Shown here: positions 1 through 9,986 of the stretch, in pieces
How positions within the stretch are numbered: the first letter of the stretch is position 1
Layout of the letters: every line of letters starts with the position of its first letter
From: an uncultured Candidatus Saccharibacteria bacterium
Lineage (GTDB): Bacteria; Patescibacteriota; Minisyncoccia; Ryanbacterales; GWA2-47-10b
Assembly: GCA_964356915.1 (NCBI GenBank)
Contig: CAYHJF010000001.1
Span: 77,743-141,742, forward strand
Length of the DNA: 64,000 bases
Reading direction: 5' to 3'
Program-made: the position numbers and the translations under genes
Notes under the pieces: model-generated
Seen by the model: the letters and a program-made list of their open reading frames with translations, nothing else
Database searches by the model: none
Told to the model about the DNA's origin: nothing

Positions 1-111
1 GCGCATTGGCACGACCATCTTTTGCAGGAGCGCGCGTATATACTTTTAAAAACGCGCCAAACTCAAGCACTTTCTCTACGCGCGCTTGCGGATGTACCTC
101 TACAGAAATTT

Positions 112-402
112 TCATTGAGTACGTCGACGGAACAACCAATGTCGCCGTTGAACATAGACCAATTCCCACCAATACTCTCCGAGCCGAAAACCTGCCCATA
201 CACCAGCAATGAACACGATAAAACTAATGCCCCGATACACGAAGAAAAGCGTTGACCACGTAAGACCAAAACTATACGCCTCAAAATCCCGTGCAAGTAA
301 TTGTAGATACCAAAGTTCGAGCAACGCCTGCAACACAAAAGCGATCAACCCCCCAAGGAAAATTGAGAGAAAGATATAGATACGATGTTTGAGTACTCCC
401 AT
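112..402 (-). CDS. Small hypothetical membrane protein (2 TM)
   Basis: 96-aa ORF with two hydrophobic stretches. TATAAT lies 7 nt before the ATG. Confidence 0.7.
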   Translation of the reverse strand: MGVLKHRIYIFLSIFLGGLIAFVLQALLELWYLQLLARDFEAYSFGLTWSTLFFVYRGISFIVFIAGVWAGFRLGEYWWELVYVQRRHWLFRRRTQ

Positions 403-410
403 ATACTCTA

Positions 411-677
411 TTATATTTCTTTCTCGAATTCTGGGAAATAGCCCTTGATATCACCTATATCAAACTCCTTAAGAATAGACTCTTTTGGTTCACGAGTAAG
501 TAAAAACCGAAATGCATCCTGAATAAATTGTTCGGGAGTGCGTCCCTGAGCAAACTGCACGTAATACGCCTCTTGGATAGTAACCGTAAAGTCACGAGCT
601 GAGACAAACTCATCAACCGTTACTTCGTAGCGTCTCTCTCCTACCTCTTGGACTTCAATCTGCGCGGTACGTCCCAT
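411..677 (-). CDS. Hypothetical protein
   Basis: 88-aa ORF, tightly spaced and co-oriented with its neighbours. Confidence 0.7.
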   Translation of the reverse strand: MGRTAQIEVQEVGERRYEVTVDEFVSARDFTVTIQEAYYVQFAQGRTPEQFIQDAFRFLLTREPKESILKEFDIGDIKGYFPEFEKEI

Positions 678-679
678 AC

Positions 680-1396
680 TTATCGGAATCGAACGGGCAC
701 GGCAAAAGATTTTGCATACTCAGGTAGACCGCTGGGATTATCATTCTCAAAAAGTACGTACCCTGTATTTGCGGTTGGCGCTCCAAATGAAAGCTTACCT
801 TCAAACTCCACAAAATCCTCTGTCATCCATTCGCCCTTTGCCTGTAACGGTCCTTTGGCAATCAATTTATTATTTTCATCAAAGATACTTACGGGCATAT
901 TTGCTTCAAAAAACCACGTGCCCCGTGCCTTACCCTTGAGCACGAGTGGAGTTGAGATAATTGAATTTGCAACAGGACTTTCGATAACAACTTCTGGTAC
1001 TTGTTGGCGTTCATAGGTAATCGGTATATGTCGGGACTCAACGGACGTACCATCCGCTCCGTATACTCGAGCCCATACCTCACCCTCGAGGCGTAACTCT
1101 CCTAATAAAAAACGCTCTTCATTATTTGGCAACTCTTTTCGAAAAATCGTATCGGCGTCAGCGTCAGCTCCTTGGTATAATATTTCTTCTTTAACAACAT
1201 TTTTTGTATGAAGAACGACTGATGAATCGGAACCGTGAACAACGGTTTTACCATCCATACGACTCGGGACGATCGAGATCTCTTCTACTATTGGCTCTTG
1301 CTTCTGATATACCTGTTTTCGTTCAGGTAAAAATTTGAGCGCGAGCGCAATAATGGCCAGTAAAATCCAAAACCCAAAAAATAATTTTCCTTTCAT
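680..1396 (-). CDS. Membrane-anchored Gmad2 immunoglobulin-like domain protein
   Basis: N-terminal TM. C-terminal 'G.ARG.WFFEA.MPV...WMTEDFV.F...DNPSGLPE' is typical of Gmad2. ATGA overlap with leuS. Confidence 0.75.
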   Translation of the reverse strand: MKGKLFFGFWILLAIIALALKFLPERKQVYQKQEPIVEEISIVPSRMDGKTVVHGSDSSVVLHTKNVVKEEILYQGADADADTIFRKELPNNEERFLLGELRLEGEVWARVYGADGTSVESRHIPITYERQQVPEVVIESPVANSIISTPLVLKGKARGTWFFEANMPVSIFDENNKLIAKGPLQAKGEWMTEDFVEFEGKLSFGAPTANTGYVLFENDNPSGLPEYAKSFAVPVRFR

Positions 1397-4254
1397 AGTA
1401 CGATATTTACAAGCTTATTACCCACAATAATAATATTCTTCGGTTCTTGCCCATTTATATATTTCTTAATCTGCTCGCTTGAAAGCGCGCGCTCTTTCAT
1501 CTCCTGTTCGGTAATAGTTGCGGCAACTTCAATAATCTCACGCATCTTACCATTAACCTGAATCACGAGTTTGACAGAAACATCATGCGTTAGCGCCTCA
1601 TCGTAAGTTGGCCACATACTCTTATGAATTGAGTCTTTCTCGCCGAGCATCTCAAAAAGCTCGTCAGCGACGTGAGGAGCGAGCGGGGCGAGAAGCTTTA
1701 GAAAATCTTTAAGATCTTTTTTACCAACAATCCGACCACCCTCTTCAAACGTGTTGAGACAAATCATAAGTGCAGAAATCGCCGTATTAAATTGAAGCGA
1801 CTCCATATCTTCACTCACTTTCTTAATTGCCTTTGCAATCGCACGCTCCGCTATCTCATCGGATTCACCATCGATAACGCATTCCTTAAAATCCCATACT
1901 CGGCTCAAAAATCGTACCATGCCCCGAATGCCTGTATCTTGAAAATCTCCTCCCTCCGTCAGCGGTGCCATAAAAGCCAAATACATGCGCAGTGCATCTG
2001 CTCCGTACACACGCAAATAATCGTCGGGGTTTATCACATTGCCACGAGACTTTGACATCTTCGCTCCATCTTTCGTAATAAGTCCATGTGCGCGAAATTG
2101 CTTGATTGGTTCACCGCCAGACTCTTTTGCAAAATCAACAAACCCAAGATCGTGCAGCGCCATCGAAACAAAACGAACGTACAGAAGATGAAGTACTGAA
2201 TGTTCCGCACCACCAATATACGAGTGAACGGGCGCCCATGTGCGAGCACGAGACTCTGATACAAATTCTTTTTTATTACTTGGATCGAGATAACGTAAGT
2301 AATACCACGCAGAATCTAAAAACGTATCTGAAACATCTGTTTCTCGGCGCGCCTTACCTCCACACTTCGGGCACGTCGTTTCATAAAACTCCGGAAAGTT
2401 CGCGAGCGGTGCTTTATCTGTTCCCGTCGGACGAAATTCTTTTACATCAGGTAACAACACAGGCAAATTTTCCTCCTTCTCTGAAATCCATTCTTTACAC
2501 GAGTCACACCAAATCATCGGGATTGGTGGTCCCCAATAACGCTGTCGAGAAATAAGCCAATCACGAAGACGATAATTTGTCTGTTGCTTCCCCTTAACTT
2601 TTTCTGTAATTTTCCATTTTGCTTCTCTCGAACTCATCCCATCAAACTCTCCTGAATTTGTCAGTATGCCATCTCCGGAATATATTTCTCCTAAAACCAA
2701 ACGTCGAAATCCAAGAAGATGATTTTCATCCTCCATTTTTTGCAAAACCTCATCTTTTGTCAGCCACTCGATAGTAAAATTTCCTTTTTCATCATGTTGG
2801 AGATTTTCTTCAACTCGCTCATCTCCTTTCAGCCGAAAATAAAGACTAGTCACCTCAATATTGCGCGCGACATTCTTTGAAAACGCAAAGTAGTGGTGAT
2901 GCATGAGCTCTGACTTTGCCACAAACTCTAGTTGCGTATACCCCGTTTCTTCTTGAATCTCACGGAGTGCTGTTGCTACCTCATCTTCACCCTCTTCACG
3001 CCCCCCACCAATAAACAGCGTCCCGCCAAGTTTTGACCCCCAGTTCAATGTTAAAAATTTCTTATGCTTTGGATCCTCAACAATAGCGACAATACTCCTG
3101 CGATGCTGTTCGTCCGGCATTATCTTCCCTGTCTCTGGCTCAATGACCAACGCAATAGGAAGTTCAAACTTCTTTGCAAATTCAAAATCACGCTCATCGT
3201 GTGCTGGCACTGCCATGATCGCGCCTGTACCATATCCGCCAAGTACATAATCCGCGACCCAAACCGGAATCTGCTTATCAGTCGCAGGATTGATCGCATA
3301 GATACCACTAAAAACCCCTGTTTTTTCTTTTCCGAGAGCCAAACGCTCCTCTTCTTTTCCACCAAGGCTCTTCGTGATGTATGCCCTTACTTCGTCGGGT
3401 GCCTGCCACCCAATATCAAGCCAAAATTTTGCAGTCTCTGGCGAGATAACAAGAAAAGTTGTGCCAAAAAGTGTATCGGGGCGTGTCGTAAATACATCTA
3501 CCGAATGTTTGCCGTCTTCTTGTCCCGGGATACCGGTGAGTGGAAATGTGATAAGAGCACCCTCTGATTTACCGATCCAATTACGCTGAGCAGTTGTAAT
3601 TCGCCCATCCCAATCAATATGATCGAGACCATCTAAAAGTCGTCCGGCGTATTTCGTAATTTTGAAAAACCACTGCTCTAATTCTTTTTGAATAACCTCT
3701 GTTCCACATCGCTCACATTTTCCAGCGATCACCTGTTCATTTGCGAGTACGGTCAAACACTTCGGGCACCAATTGACCGATGCTTTTTTTCGATACGCAA
3801 GCCCCGCCTTAAAAAGCTGAATAAACAGCCACTGTGTCCAGCGATAATATTCGGGGTCATACGTCTCGAGTTTTTCGTCCCATGCAAATGCATTGCCAAT
3901 CTCATGCAACTGACGATAAAAATTTTCCTCAGTGCGTAGAGCAAGTTTTTTTGGATGCTCCCCAATCTTAATGGCGTAATTTTCTGAATTGATACCAAAT
4001 CCATCAAGTCCCATTGGCTGAAACACATCATGTCCCTGCATTCGCTTAAAGCGTCCGTATATATCAACTCCCGTAAATGTGCGCACACCTCCAATATGCA
4101 ACCCCTCCGCGGATGGATAGGGGAACATCATGAGATTATAAAAAGGCTTCTTGGGATTATCTAGATCCGGCTCGTACAAACGGTCTTGCAACCACCGCTC
4201 GCGCCACTTTTTCTCAATCTTTTTAAAATCGTACGCCTTCATGAATTCTTTCAT
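1393..4254 (-). CDS. leuS: Leucine--tRNA ligase with inserted Nudix domain
   Basis: MFPYPSAEGLHIG, FTTRPDT, DWLISRQRYWG and KMSKS motifs. Internal Nudix box. Confidence 0.97.
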   Translation of the reverse strand: MKEFMKAYDFKKIEKKWRERWLQDRLYEPDLDNPKKPFYNLMMFPYPSAEGLHIGGVRTFTGVDIYGRFKRMQGHDVFQPMGLDGFGINSENYAIKIGEHPKKLALRTEENFYRQLHEIGNAFAWDEKLETYDPEYYRWTQWLFIQLFKAGLAYRKKASVNWCPKCLTVLANEQVIAGKCERCGTEVIQKELEQWFFKITKYAGRLLDGLDHIDWDGRITTAQRNWIGKSEGALITFPLTGIPGQEDGKHSVDVFTTRPDTLFGTTFLVISPETAKFWLDIGWQAPDEVRAYITKSLGGKEEERLALGKEKTGVFSGIYAINPATDKQIPVWVADYVLGGYGTGAIMAVPAHDERDFEFAKKFELPIALVIEPETGKIMPDEQHRRSIVAIVEDPKHKKFLTLNWGSKLGGTLFIGGGREEGEDEVATALREIQEETGYTQLEFVAKSELMHHHYFAFSKNVARNIEVTSLYFRLKGDERVEENLQHDEKGNFTIEWLTKDEVLQKMEDENHLLGFRRLVLGEIYSGDGILTNSGEFDGMSSREAKWKITEKVKGKQQTNYRLRDWLISRQRYWGPPIPMIWCDSCKEWISEKEENLPVLLPDVKEFRPTGTDKAPLANFPEFYETTCPKCGGKARRETDVSDTFLDSAWYYLRYLDPSNKKEFVSESRARTWAPVHSYIGGAEHSVLHLLYVRFVSMALHDLGFVDFAKESGGEPIKQFRAHGLITKDGAKMSKSRGNVINPDDYLRVYGADALRMYLAFMAPLTEGGDFQDTGIRGMVRFLSRVWDFKECVIDGESDEIAERAIAKAIKKVSEDMESLQFNTAISALMICLNTFEEGGRIVGKKDLKDFLKLLAPLAPHVADELFEMLGEKDSIHKSMWPTYDEALTHDVSVKLVIQVNGKMREIIEVAATITEQEMKERALSSEQIKKYINGQEPKNIIIVGNKLVNIVL

Positions 4255-4284
4255 GCTATGGGAAAAAACACTTCAAATCAAATG

Positions 4285-4307
4285 AAAAACCCCGTCAAAG
4301 ACGGGGG
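4285..4307 (-). terminator. Intrinsic terminator after plsC
   Basis: CCCCGTC-AAA-GACGGGG stem with an A-run on the + strand (U tail on -). Confidence 0.7.
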
Positions 4308-4310
4308 TGA

Positions 4311-5156
4311 CTAATCTAAAAGCATCATAGCGACAAGAGTATGAACGCGCCGAGCAAATGTAGGAACATCTTCATGCTCCAAAATATCGATCGGATGACC
4401 AAATTCAAGCGTGAGACGTGCGCCAGATTTGAGGCGCAAAAGAGAACCTTTGGGGAGCGCTTTATGCGCGCCGGAAAGTGCGAGTGGCACGATCGGGAGC
4501 TTTGCCTCTTTGGCAATCGCAAAAGGTCCCTTCTTGAATTCGCCAAGTCGCCCATCGTGCGAGCGTGTTCCTTCAGCAAAGAAAATGAGATTGACCGTCG
4601 GATCTGCTTGTACTGTGGCACGGATTGCCGCCATTGATTGTGCATGATCTGCCCGATCAATGATTGCCTGCGCACTCACCCGTGCAAGCGCTCCGACAAT
4701 CGGGTACGAAAGTACCTCTCTTTTTGCAACAAACCGCGCAAATGGAATTGTAGCGACAAGAAGCAAAACATCGAGCACGCTCTGATGATTTACCACGATC
4801 ACATGAGACCGCGACCAATCAACGCGATCATATCCGATGACCCGAACATCGATCCCTGCGCGTTCCAAGATCCATGGCGCCCAAAATCGTCGTACAAGAC
4901 GCCAATTGTATCGACTGCGCGTACGATCGCGCCACGCGCGGTCTCCCGCATAGACGCGCTGACACTCTGGATATTCGCGATGCCCTGTGCAAACAGGCGT
5001 ATGTCGCCTTAGTACTCGTATCGCACGTCTACCAATAACGATAGTCCGCCAAAACGCCGCGAGAACGATATAGGTATTACGAATAGCATTGTATGGGTGT
5101 CGAAGATATTGACCGACCGTCCATACAGGATACTTTGCATACGTCAGTGCGTTCAC
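4311..5156 (-). CDS. plsC: Lysophospholipid (1-acyl-G3P) acyltransferase, PlsC family
   Basis: NHQSVLD (HX4D), FVAKREV, FFAEGTRS and FKKG motifs. GAAGGGAG SD before the GTG. Confidence 0.88.
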   Translation of the reverse strand: MNALTYAKYPVWTVGQYLRHPYNAIRNTYIVLAAFWRTIVIGRRAIRVLRRHTPVCTGHREYPECQRVYAGDRAWRDRTRSRYNWRLVRRFWAPWILERAGIDVRVIGYDRVDWSRSHVIVVNHQSVLDVLLLVATIPFARFVAKREVLSYPIVGALARVSAQAIIDRADHAQSMAAIRATVQADPTVNLIFFAEGTRSHDGRLGEFKKGPFAIAKEAKLPIVPLALSGAHKALPKGSLLRLKSGARLTLEFGHPIDILEHEDVPTFARRVHTLVAMMLLD

Positions 5157-5211
5157 ACGCGACTCCCTTCATAAGAAGAACGATTACCCTGTTCTTAGCA
5201 CGTCGCGCAAA

Positions 5212-6051
5212 TTACGCAAGCCGAAAAAGTTTTGTAGCATTCTCTGTCGTCGCGCGCGCTACCTCTTCATATGAAATACCGCGGAGCTCCGCTACTTTTT
5301 TTGCTATCTCTCGCACATACAATGGCTCGTTGCGCTTACCTCGATACGGCACCGGTGAGACATAAGGTGCATCCGTCTCAACCATAATCCGATCGAGTGG
5401 AGATTTGGTCAGGGCATCATCATAGTCACGCGCAAAGGTAATGACTCCTGTAAACGACAAATGAAATCCTAAATCTAAAAACATCTTGGCGTCTTCCCAT
5501 GAACCCGCAAAAAAATGAATCGTCCCACCCGCCTCATCGGCTTTTTCCTCGCGCAAAATTGGCGCGAGATCATGATACGCGTTTCGACAATGAATAATCA
5601 TCGGTTTTTTTACTTCGCGCGCAAGCTGAATCTGACGACGTAATGTCTCGTGCTGCTTATCTCGCTTGTCGTCCGTCTCGCCTGTCCGAAAATAATCGAG
5701 TCCACACTCTCCGATCGCTACCGTCTTTGAATCAAGCGCGAGTGTTTTGTAATAATCAAAATCAAATTCTTCTGTGCGCGTATCAAATCCCGGTACATTG
5801 TCTTCGCCGATTTCCTTGGCATCAACATGAAGCTCGGTCAGATGAATCGGGTGAAGCCCGACTGCCGCCCATACTCCGTCATCATATTTACGCGCATATT
5901 CAAGGGCACGTCGTGACGTACTTGCCTGCGACCCAACGAGAATCATCCCCACACCTCCCTCATGAGCTCGCGCAATGACCTCTGGGCCGTCCTCTTTAAA
6001 CGCATTGAAATTTACATGCGCGTGGATATCGATAAGTTCCCAATCTCTCAT
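5212..6051 (-). CDS. tatD: TatD family DNase
   Basis: DIHAH, GLHP, GECGLDY, HCR and ETDAPY motifs. Confidence 0.95.
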   Translation of the reverse strand: MRDWELIDIHAHVNFNAFKEDGPEVIARAHEGGVGMILVGSQASTSRRALEYARKYDDGVWAAVGLHPIHLTELHVDAKEIGEDNVPGFDTRTEEFDFDYYKTLALDSKTVAIGECGLDYFRTGETDDKRDKQHETLRRQIQLAREVKKPMIIHCRNAYHDLAPILREEKADEAGGTIHFFAGSWEDAKMFLDLGFHLSFTGVITFARDYDDALTKSPLDRIMVETDAPYVSPVPYRGKRNEPLYVREIAKKVAELRGISYEEVARATTENATKLFRLA

Positions 6052-7607
6052 GACTGTACGGTATCAAAAGATGGGAAGAGTGCTACACCACCCTGTATAG
6101 TGACTTTTTCGTCATGCATGACGAATATATCTTTTATCTTTTGTGCGGTACTCGGCATAAACGGCTCGAGAAGAGGAACGGATGCAAGGATATGTGAGGC
6201 AAGATTCCACAGTACTGCGAGCGCCTTTTGTTCGTCAATCTTGATAAGTTTATATGGTTCGTAATCTTGAATATACCCATCGAGTAACGCAAAGAAGCTA
6301 AACAATATTTTTATGGCTTCTGTCAGCTCAGTTACTTCCATAGCGTGGCTATATCGCTCTTCTATTTCTTTATGAAAATATCGATGCAACGTCTCACTGT
6401 CGAGCTCAACGGTCTTCTCGGAAACCTCTTGGCGAAGCTGTCGCTTCAACGGAATTGTCGCGAGAATATCAGCGGGAGGCTTGGCGATACCATCTGGCGC
6501 GTATTTTTGGATCATCGTAAAGACACGCGAGACAAGATTGCCAAGTCCGTGGGCAAGATTTCCTTGATACACGTCTTGAAATCGCTCGAGCGTAAAATCC
6601 CCATCCCCACCAAATGGAATCTCGCGCATAAGAAAATACCGAAACGCATCTACACCGTATGTATCAATGATAGAAAGCGGGTTGATCACATTTCCGATTG
6701 TCTTTGACATCTTTTGCCCGCCAGAAATAATCATCCCGTGTACATAGAGCGCTTTGGGCAATGGAAGATTTGCAGCCATGAGCATCCCCGGCCAAATAAC
6801 CGCATGAAAACGTAGAATATCTTTGCCAACCACATGGAGATTGGCAGGCCACATCGTACTCATGCGCGACTCATCGGATGAACCATATCCTAAAGCCGAG
6901 AGATAGTTGGAAAGCGCGTCCGCCCACACATACATCGTATGCTCTGGATCTCGGGGCACTGGTATCCCCCAACCAATATCTTTTGAAGGGCGAGAAAAAC
7001 TAATATCTTCAACACCGTCAGCTAAAAACGCGAGAACTTCATTCTTGCGAACTTCTGGCAAAACTTGAAAGGCTCCCGACTCAATTGCACTTTTGATGCG
7101 TGAAGCATATTTTGAGAGTCGAAAAAAATAATTCTCCTCTTCTATGACTTCTGGCGCTTGATTGTGATCAGTACACTTTCCATCTACAAGATCTTTTTCT
7201 GTTACAAATGCTTCGTGCCCAATACAGTAAAGGCCTTTGTATGAAGATTTATACAAATCCCCTGACTCCATAAGCTTTTCCCACATCTTTTGCGCGCCCG
7301 GCCAATGATGTTCCTTATCCGCCGTGTAAATAAATCCATCATTGGATGCGTCAAGTCTCTGAAGTAGGTTTTTGAATTCCTCTCTTCGTTCTTCGACAAA
7401 TTTTTCGACGGGCACTCCCGCCTTTTCTGCTGAACGCAAAATCTTTGCCCCATGCTCATCCGTACCTGAAAGAAAAAACGTATCATCTCCCTTGAGGCGA
7501 TGATATCGCGCGCACACATCCGCAATCACATCAGCATACGCATGTCCTAGGTGTGGAGATGCGTTGGCATAATAAATAGGAGTTGTAATGTAAAATGTAC
7601 GGCTCAT
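6048..7607 (-). CDS. metG: Methionine--tRNA ligase
   Basis: YITTPIYY, HLGH, GTDEHG, YVWADAL, GKDILRFH and KMSKT motifs. Confidence 0.97.
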   Translation of the reverse strand: MSRTFYITTPIYYANASPHLGHAYADVIADVCARYHRLKGDDTFFLSGTDEHGAKILRSAEKAGVPVEKFVEERREEFKNLLQRLDASNDGFIYTADKEHHWPGAQKMWEKLMESGDLYKSSYKGLYCIGHEAFVTEKDLVDGKCTDHNQAPEVIEEENYFFRLSKYASRIKSAIESGAFQVLPEVRKNEVLAFLADGVEDISFSRPSKDIGWGIPVPRDPEHTMYVWADALSNYLSALGYGSSDESRMSTMWPANLHVVGKDILRFHAVIWPGMLMAANLPLPKALYVHGMIISGGQKMSKTIGNVINPLSIIDTYGVDAFRYFLMREIPFGGDGDFTLERFQDVYQGNLAHGLGNLVSRVFTMIQKYAPDGIAKPPADILATIPLKRQLRQEVSEKTVELDSETLHRYFHKEIEERYSHAMEVTELTEAIKILFSFFALLDGYIQDYEPYKLIKIDEQKALAVLWNLASHILASVPLLEPFMPSTAQKIKDIFVMHDEKVTIQGGVALFPSFDTVQS

Positions 7608-7616
7608 ATCGTATTT

Positions 7617-8660
7617 CTATTCTTCTTTTTTGCGCGCTTCCACATCACCCAAAAACTCGATAAGAATAACAGCGAGAGGTACTGCGATAATGATACCGAG
7701 AACCCCCGCGAGCTTGCCGCCAATCATAAGAGCGATAATCGCAAGCAATGGTGGTACACCCACGGTCTTACGGACAACTTGCGGGTAGATAAGGTGGTTT
7801 TCCATTTGTTGCACGATGAAATAAATACCCGCAACCAAAAGTCCTAAGAGCGGCTGTTGGATTGAGGCTACAACGATTGCAGGAATAGCCGCCATGATAG
7901 GACCAAAGTATGGAATCACCTCGAACACCGCGGAAAGGACTGCGAGCAAAAACGCATATCGTACCTGCAAAATCGTAAGTGCGATAAATACAAGCACGCC
8001 GATAATAACTCCGAGTAACATCTGGCCCTGAAGCCATCTACCAATTTTGCGCTGAGAGCGCGTCCACAAGCTTAATACATACGTTTCGTGCTCTTTGGGT
8101 GTCACGATGCGCAGAACATTTGCGATACCATCTTCCTGTACTGCGAGATAAAACGAGATAACAAATATAAATACAAAGGCGAAAACACTTGAAACAATCC
8201 CCGCAGTCGCGCTAAAGACGCCTCCAACCGCACCGCCAACCATCGAATTGACGCGGAGCGCCAAATCATGAAAGGTAGGCGCGATCAAATCAAACGGCAA
8301 CGCAGGAAACTTATCCTGAAGCTGTTCGAATGCCTTTTCAACTAACGTCGGAAGTTGCGCGAAGAAACTGCGAAAATCATTGGCGAGCGGTGGAATCAAA
8401 AAATAAAATATCGAGAGAATACCAAAAATCCCTCCAAGATAAATCAGCAAAACTCCAAGCACGCGCGGGATTTTCCATCGAGTAAGTCCTCGCACGAGCG
8501 GCTCTACTGAAGAAGCAATGACAACGGAGACTAAAATGATAAGCACGATATCTCGAATCGCATAAAGAAACCCGAGCCCTACAACCATGAGTAACAAGCG
8601 CGCAAGTGATCCTGTCGTAATCTGTATTGTTTGTTGCGTCTTACCTGTCATATTATCCAA
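7617..8660 (-). CDS. AI-2E family transporter
   Basis: Multi-TM protein with 'IPYFGP' and 'QQMENHLIYPQV' signatures. Confidence 0.9.
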   Translation of the reverse strand: MDNMTGKTQQTIQITTGSLARLLLMVVGLGFLYAIRDIVLIILVSVVIASSVEPLVRGLTRWKIPRVLGVLLIYLGGIFGILSIFYFLIPPLANDFRSFFAQLPTLVEKAFEQLQDKFPALPFDLIAPTFHDLALRVNSMVGGAVGGVFSATAGIVSSVFAFVFIFVISFYLAVQEDGIANVLRIVTPKEHETYVLSLWTRSQRKIGRWLQGQMLLGVIIGVLVFIALTILQVRYAFLLAVLSAVFEVIPYFGPIMAAIPAIVVASIQQPLLGLLVAGIYFIVQQMENHLIYPQVVRKTVGVPPLLAIIALMIGGKLAGVLGIIIAVPLAVILIEFLGDVEARKKEE

Positions 8661-9927
8661 GCTCTGTCATAAGTTTTATAAAGACATCTTTTGATTGGTG
8701 CGGACCGATAACCGTAAGATAACTATTGGATGTTCGGAAAAGTTTTTTTGCAATTCTATTGATATCCTCTTTGGATACCTTGTCGATCTTACGTTCGAGT
8801 TCTTCAGGAGTTGCGAGTTTATTGAGCAAGATCTCTTGCTCACCCAAAAATCCCGCGACCTCATCGGTCGATTCAAGCGCGATGGCGAGCCTACCTTTTG
8901 CATTATCTTTCGCGCGTGTTAATTCTTCGTTGGTCACACCTCCCTTGCGAATGCGCGCGAGATTTTCAACGATTCGCTGAACAACTTCTTGCGCCTTTGC
9001 GTGTGGAGTACCGGCATACGCGGCAAAATATCCAACTTTGCGATACGCCTCGTGCACTGCGCGCACTGCGTAGGCAAGACCTCTCCGCTCTCGGATGTCC
9101 ATGAAAAGACGTGAACTCATGTAGCCACCAAGAATAGTCGCAAGCACACCCGCAGCCATTTTATCTTTGTGCGACATATGAAAACCAGTCGTCCCAAGGA
9201 GTACGTGACTCTGCGCGGTATCTTTTTCAAAGATACGAACACGTGGACCAGCAGAAACGCGCGGAGGCTCGGGAGCTTTTTCAAATTTACCTGTGCGCAG
9301 ACCTGCGAAGGCTTTTTCAATTTTTGCAAATGTTGCGCTCTCTGAAACCTTCCCTGCGACAACAACGACGGTATTTGAAGCAACATACTGCGATTTCCAG
9401 TACTGCAAGAATGCTGAACGTTTCATCGAGTGAATATTTTTAGCAGTACCGATAACATCCCATCCGTATGGATGATCACCATATAAGTTTTCCTCAAAGA
9501 CAGACCAAATATATCGCATCGGATCATCCCAAATCATACTCATCTCTTCAAGAATCACTCCACGCTCTCGGTCAATCTCTTCTTCTTTCAAAAGTGCATC
9601 TTGTAAGATTTCCGAGACCCAATTGATACCAAATTGGGCATGCTTTGCATCAGCTTTAATCCAATATCCGGTTACCTCGCGAGAGGTAAACGCGTTGTGA
9701 ATAGCTCCGATTGCATCGAGCTGCCGATCAAGCTCACCTGGCTTTGGATATTTTTTTGTTCCTTTGAAAAACATGTGTTCCAAAAAATGAGAAAGACCAT
9801 TGATGTTTTTCTTTTCATAATTTGAACCCGTACCAATCAAAACAAGTACAGTGACGGTGTCAGTCCCTTCCATGGGAGCCACAATGGCACGGAGGCCGTT
9901 TGAGAATGTTTTTTTAGAAAATTTCAT
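8653..9927 (-). CDS. M16 (pitrilysin) family zinc peptidase
   Basis: HFLEH inverted zincin motif, NAFTS, SSRLF..IRERRGLAY. Start taken at MKFSKK (the ORF extends to 9951). Confidence 0.92.
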   Translation of the reverse strand: MKFSKKTFSNGLRAIVAPMEGTDTVTVLVLIGTGSNYEKKNINGLSHFLEHMFFKGTKKYPKPGELDRQLDAIGAIHNAFTSREVTGYWIKADAKHAQFGINWVSEILQDALLKEEEIDRERGVILEEMSMIWDDPMRYIWSVFEENLYGDHPYGWDVIGTAKNIHSMKRSAFLQYWKSQYVASNTVVVVAGKVSESATFAKIEKAFAGLRTGKFEKAPEPPRVSAGPRVRIFEKDTAQSHVLLGTTGFHMSHKDKMAAGVLATILGGYMSSRLFMDIRERRGLAYAVRAVHEAYRKVGYFAAYAGTPHAKAQEVVQRIVENLARIRKGGVTNEELTRAKDNAKGRLAIALESTDEVAGFLGEQEILLNKLATPEELERKIDKVSKEDINRIAKKLFRTSNSYLTVIGPHQSKDVFIKLMTELG

Positions 9928-9986
9928 AGGAAAAGTGCTTTCAGCATACACTGAAATTAAAGAAAATCAAAGGTGGATGAACGTGA

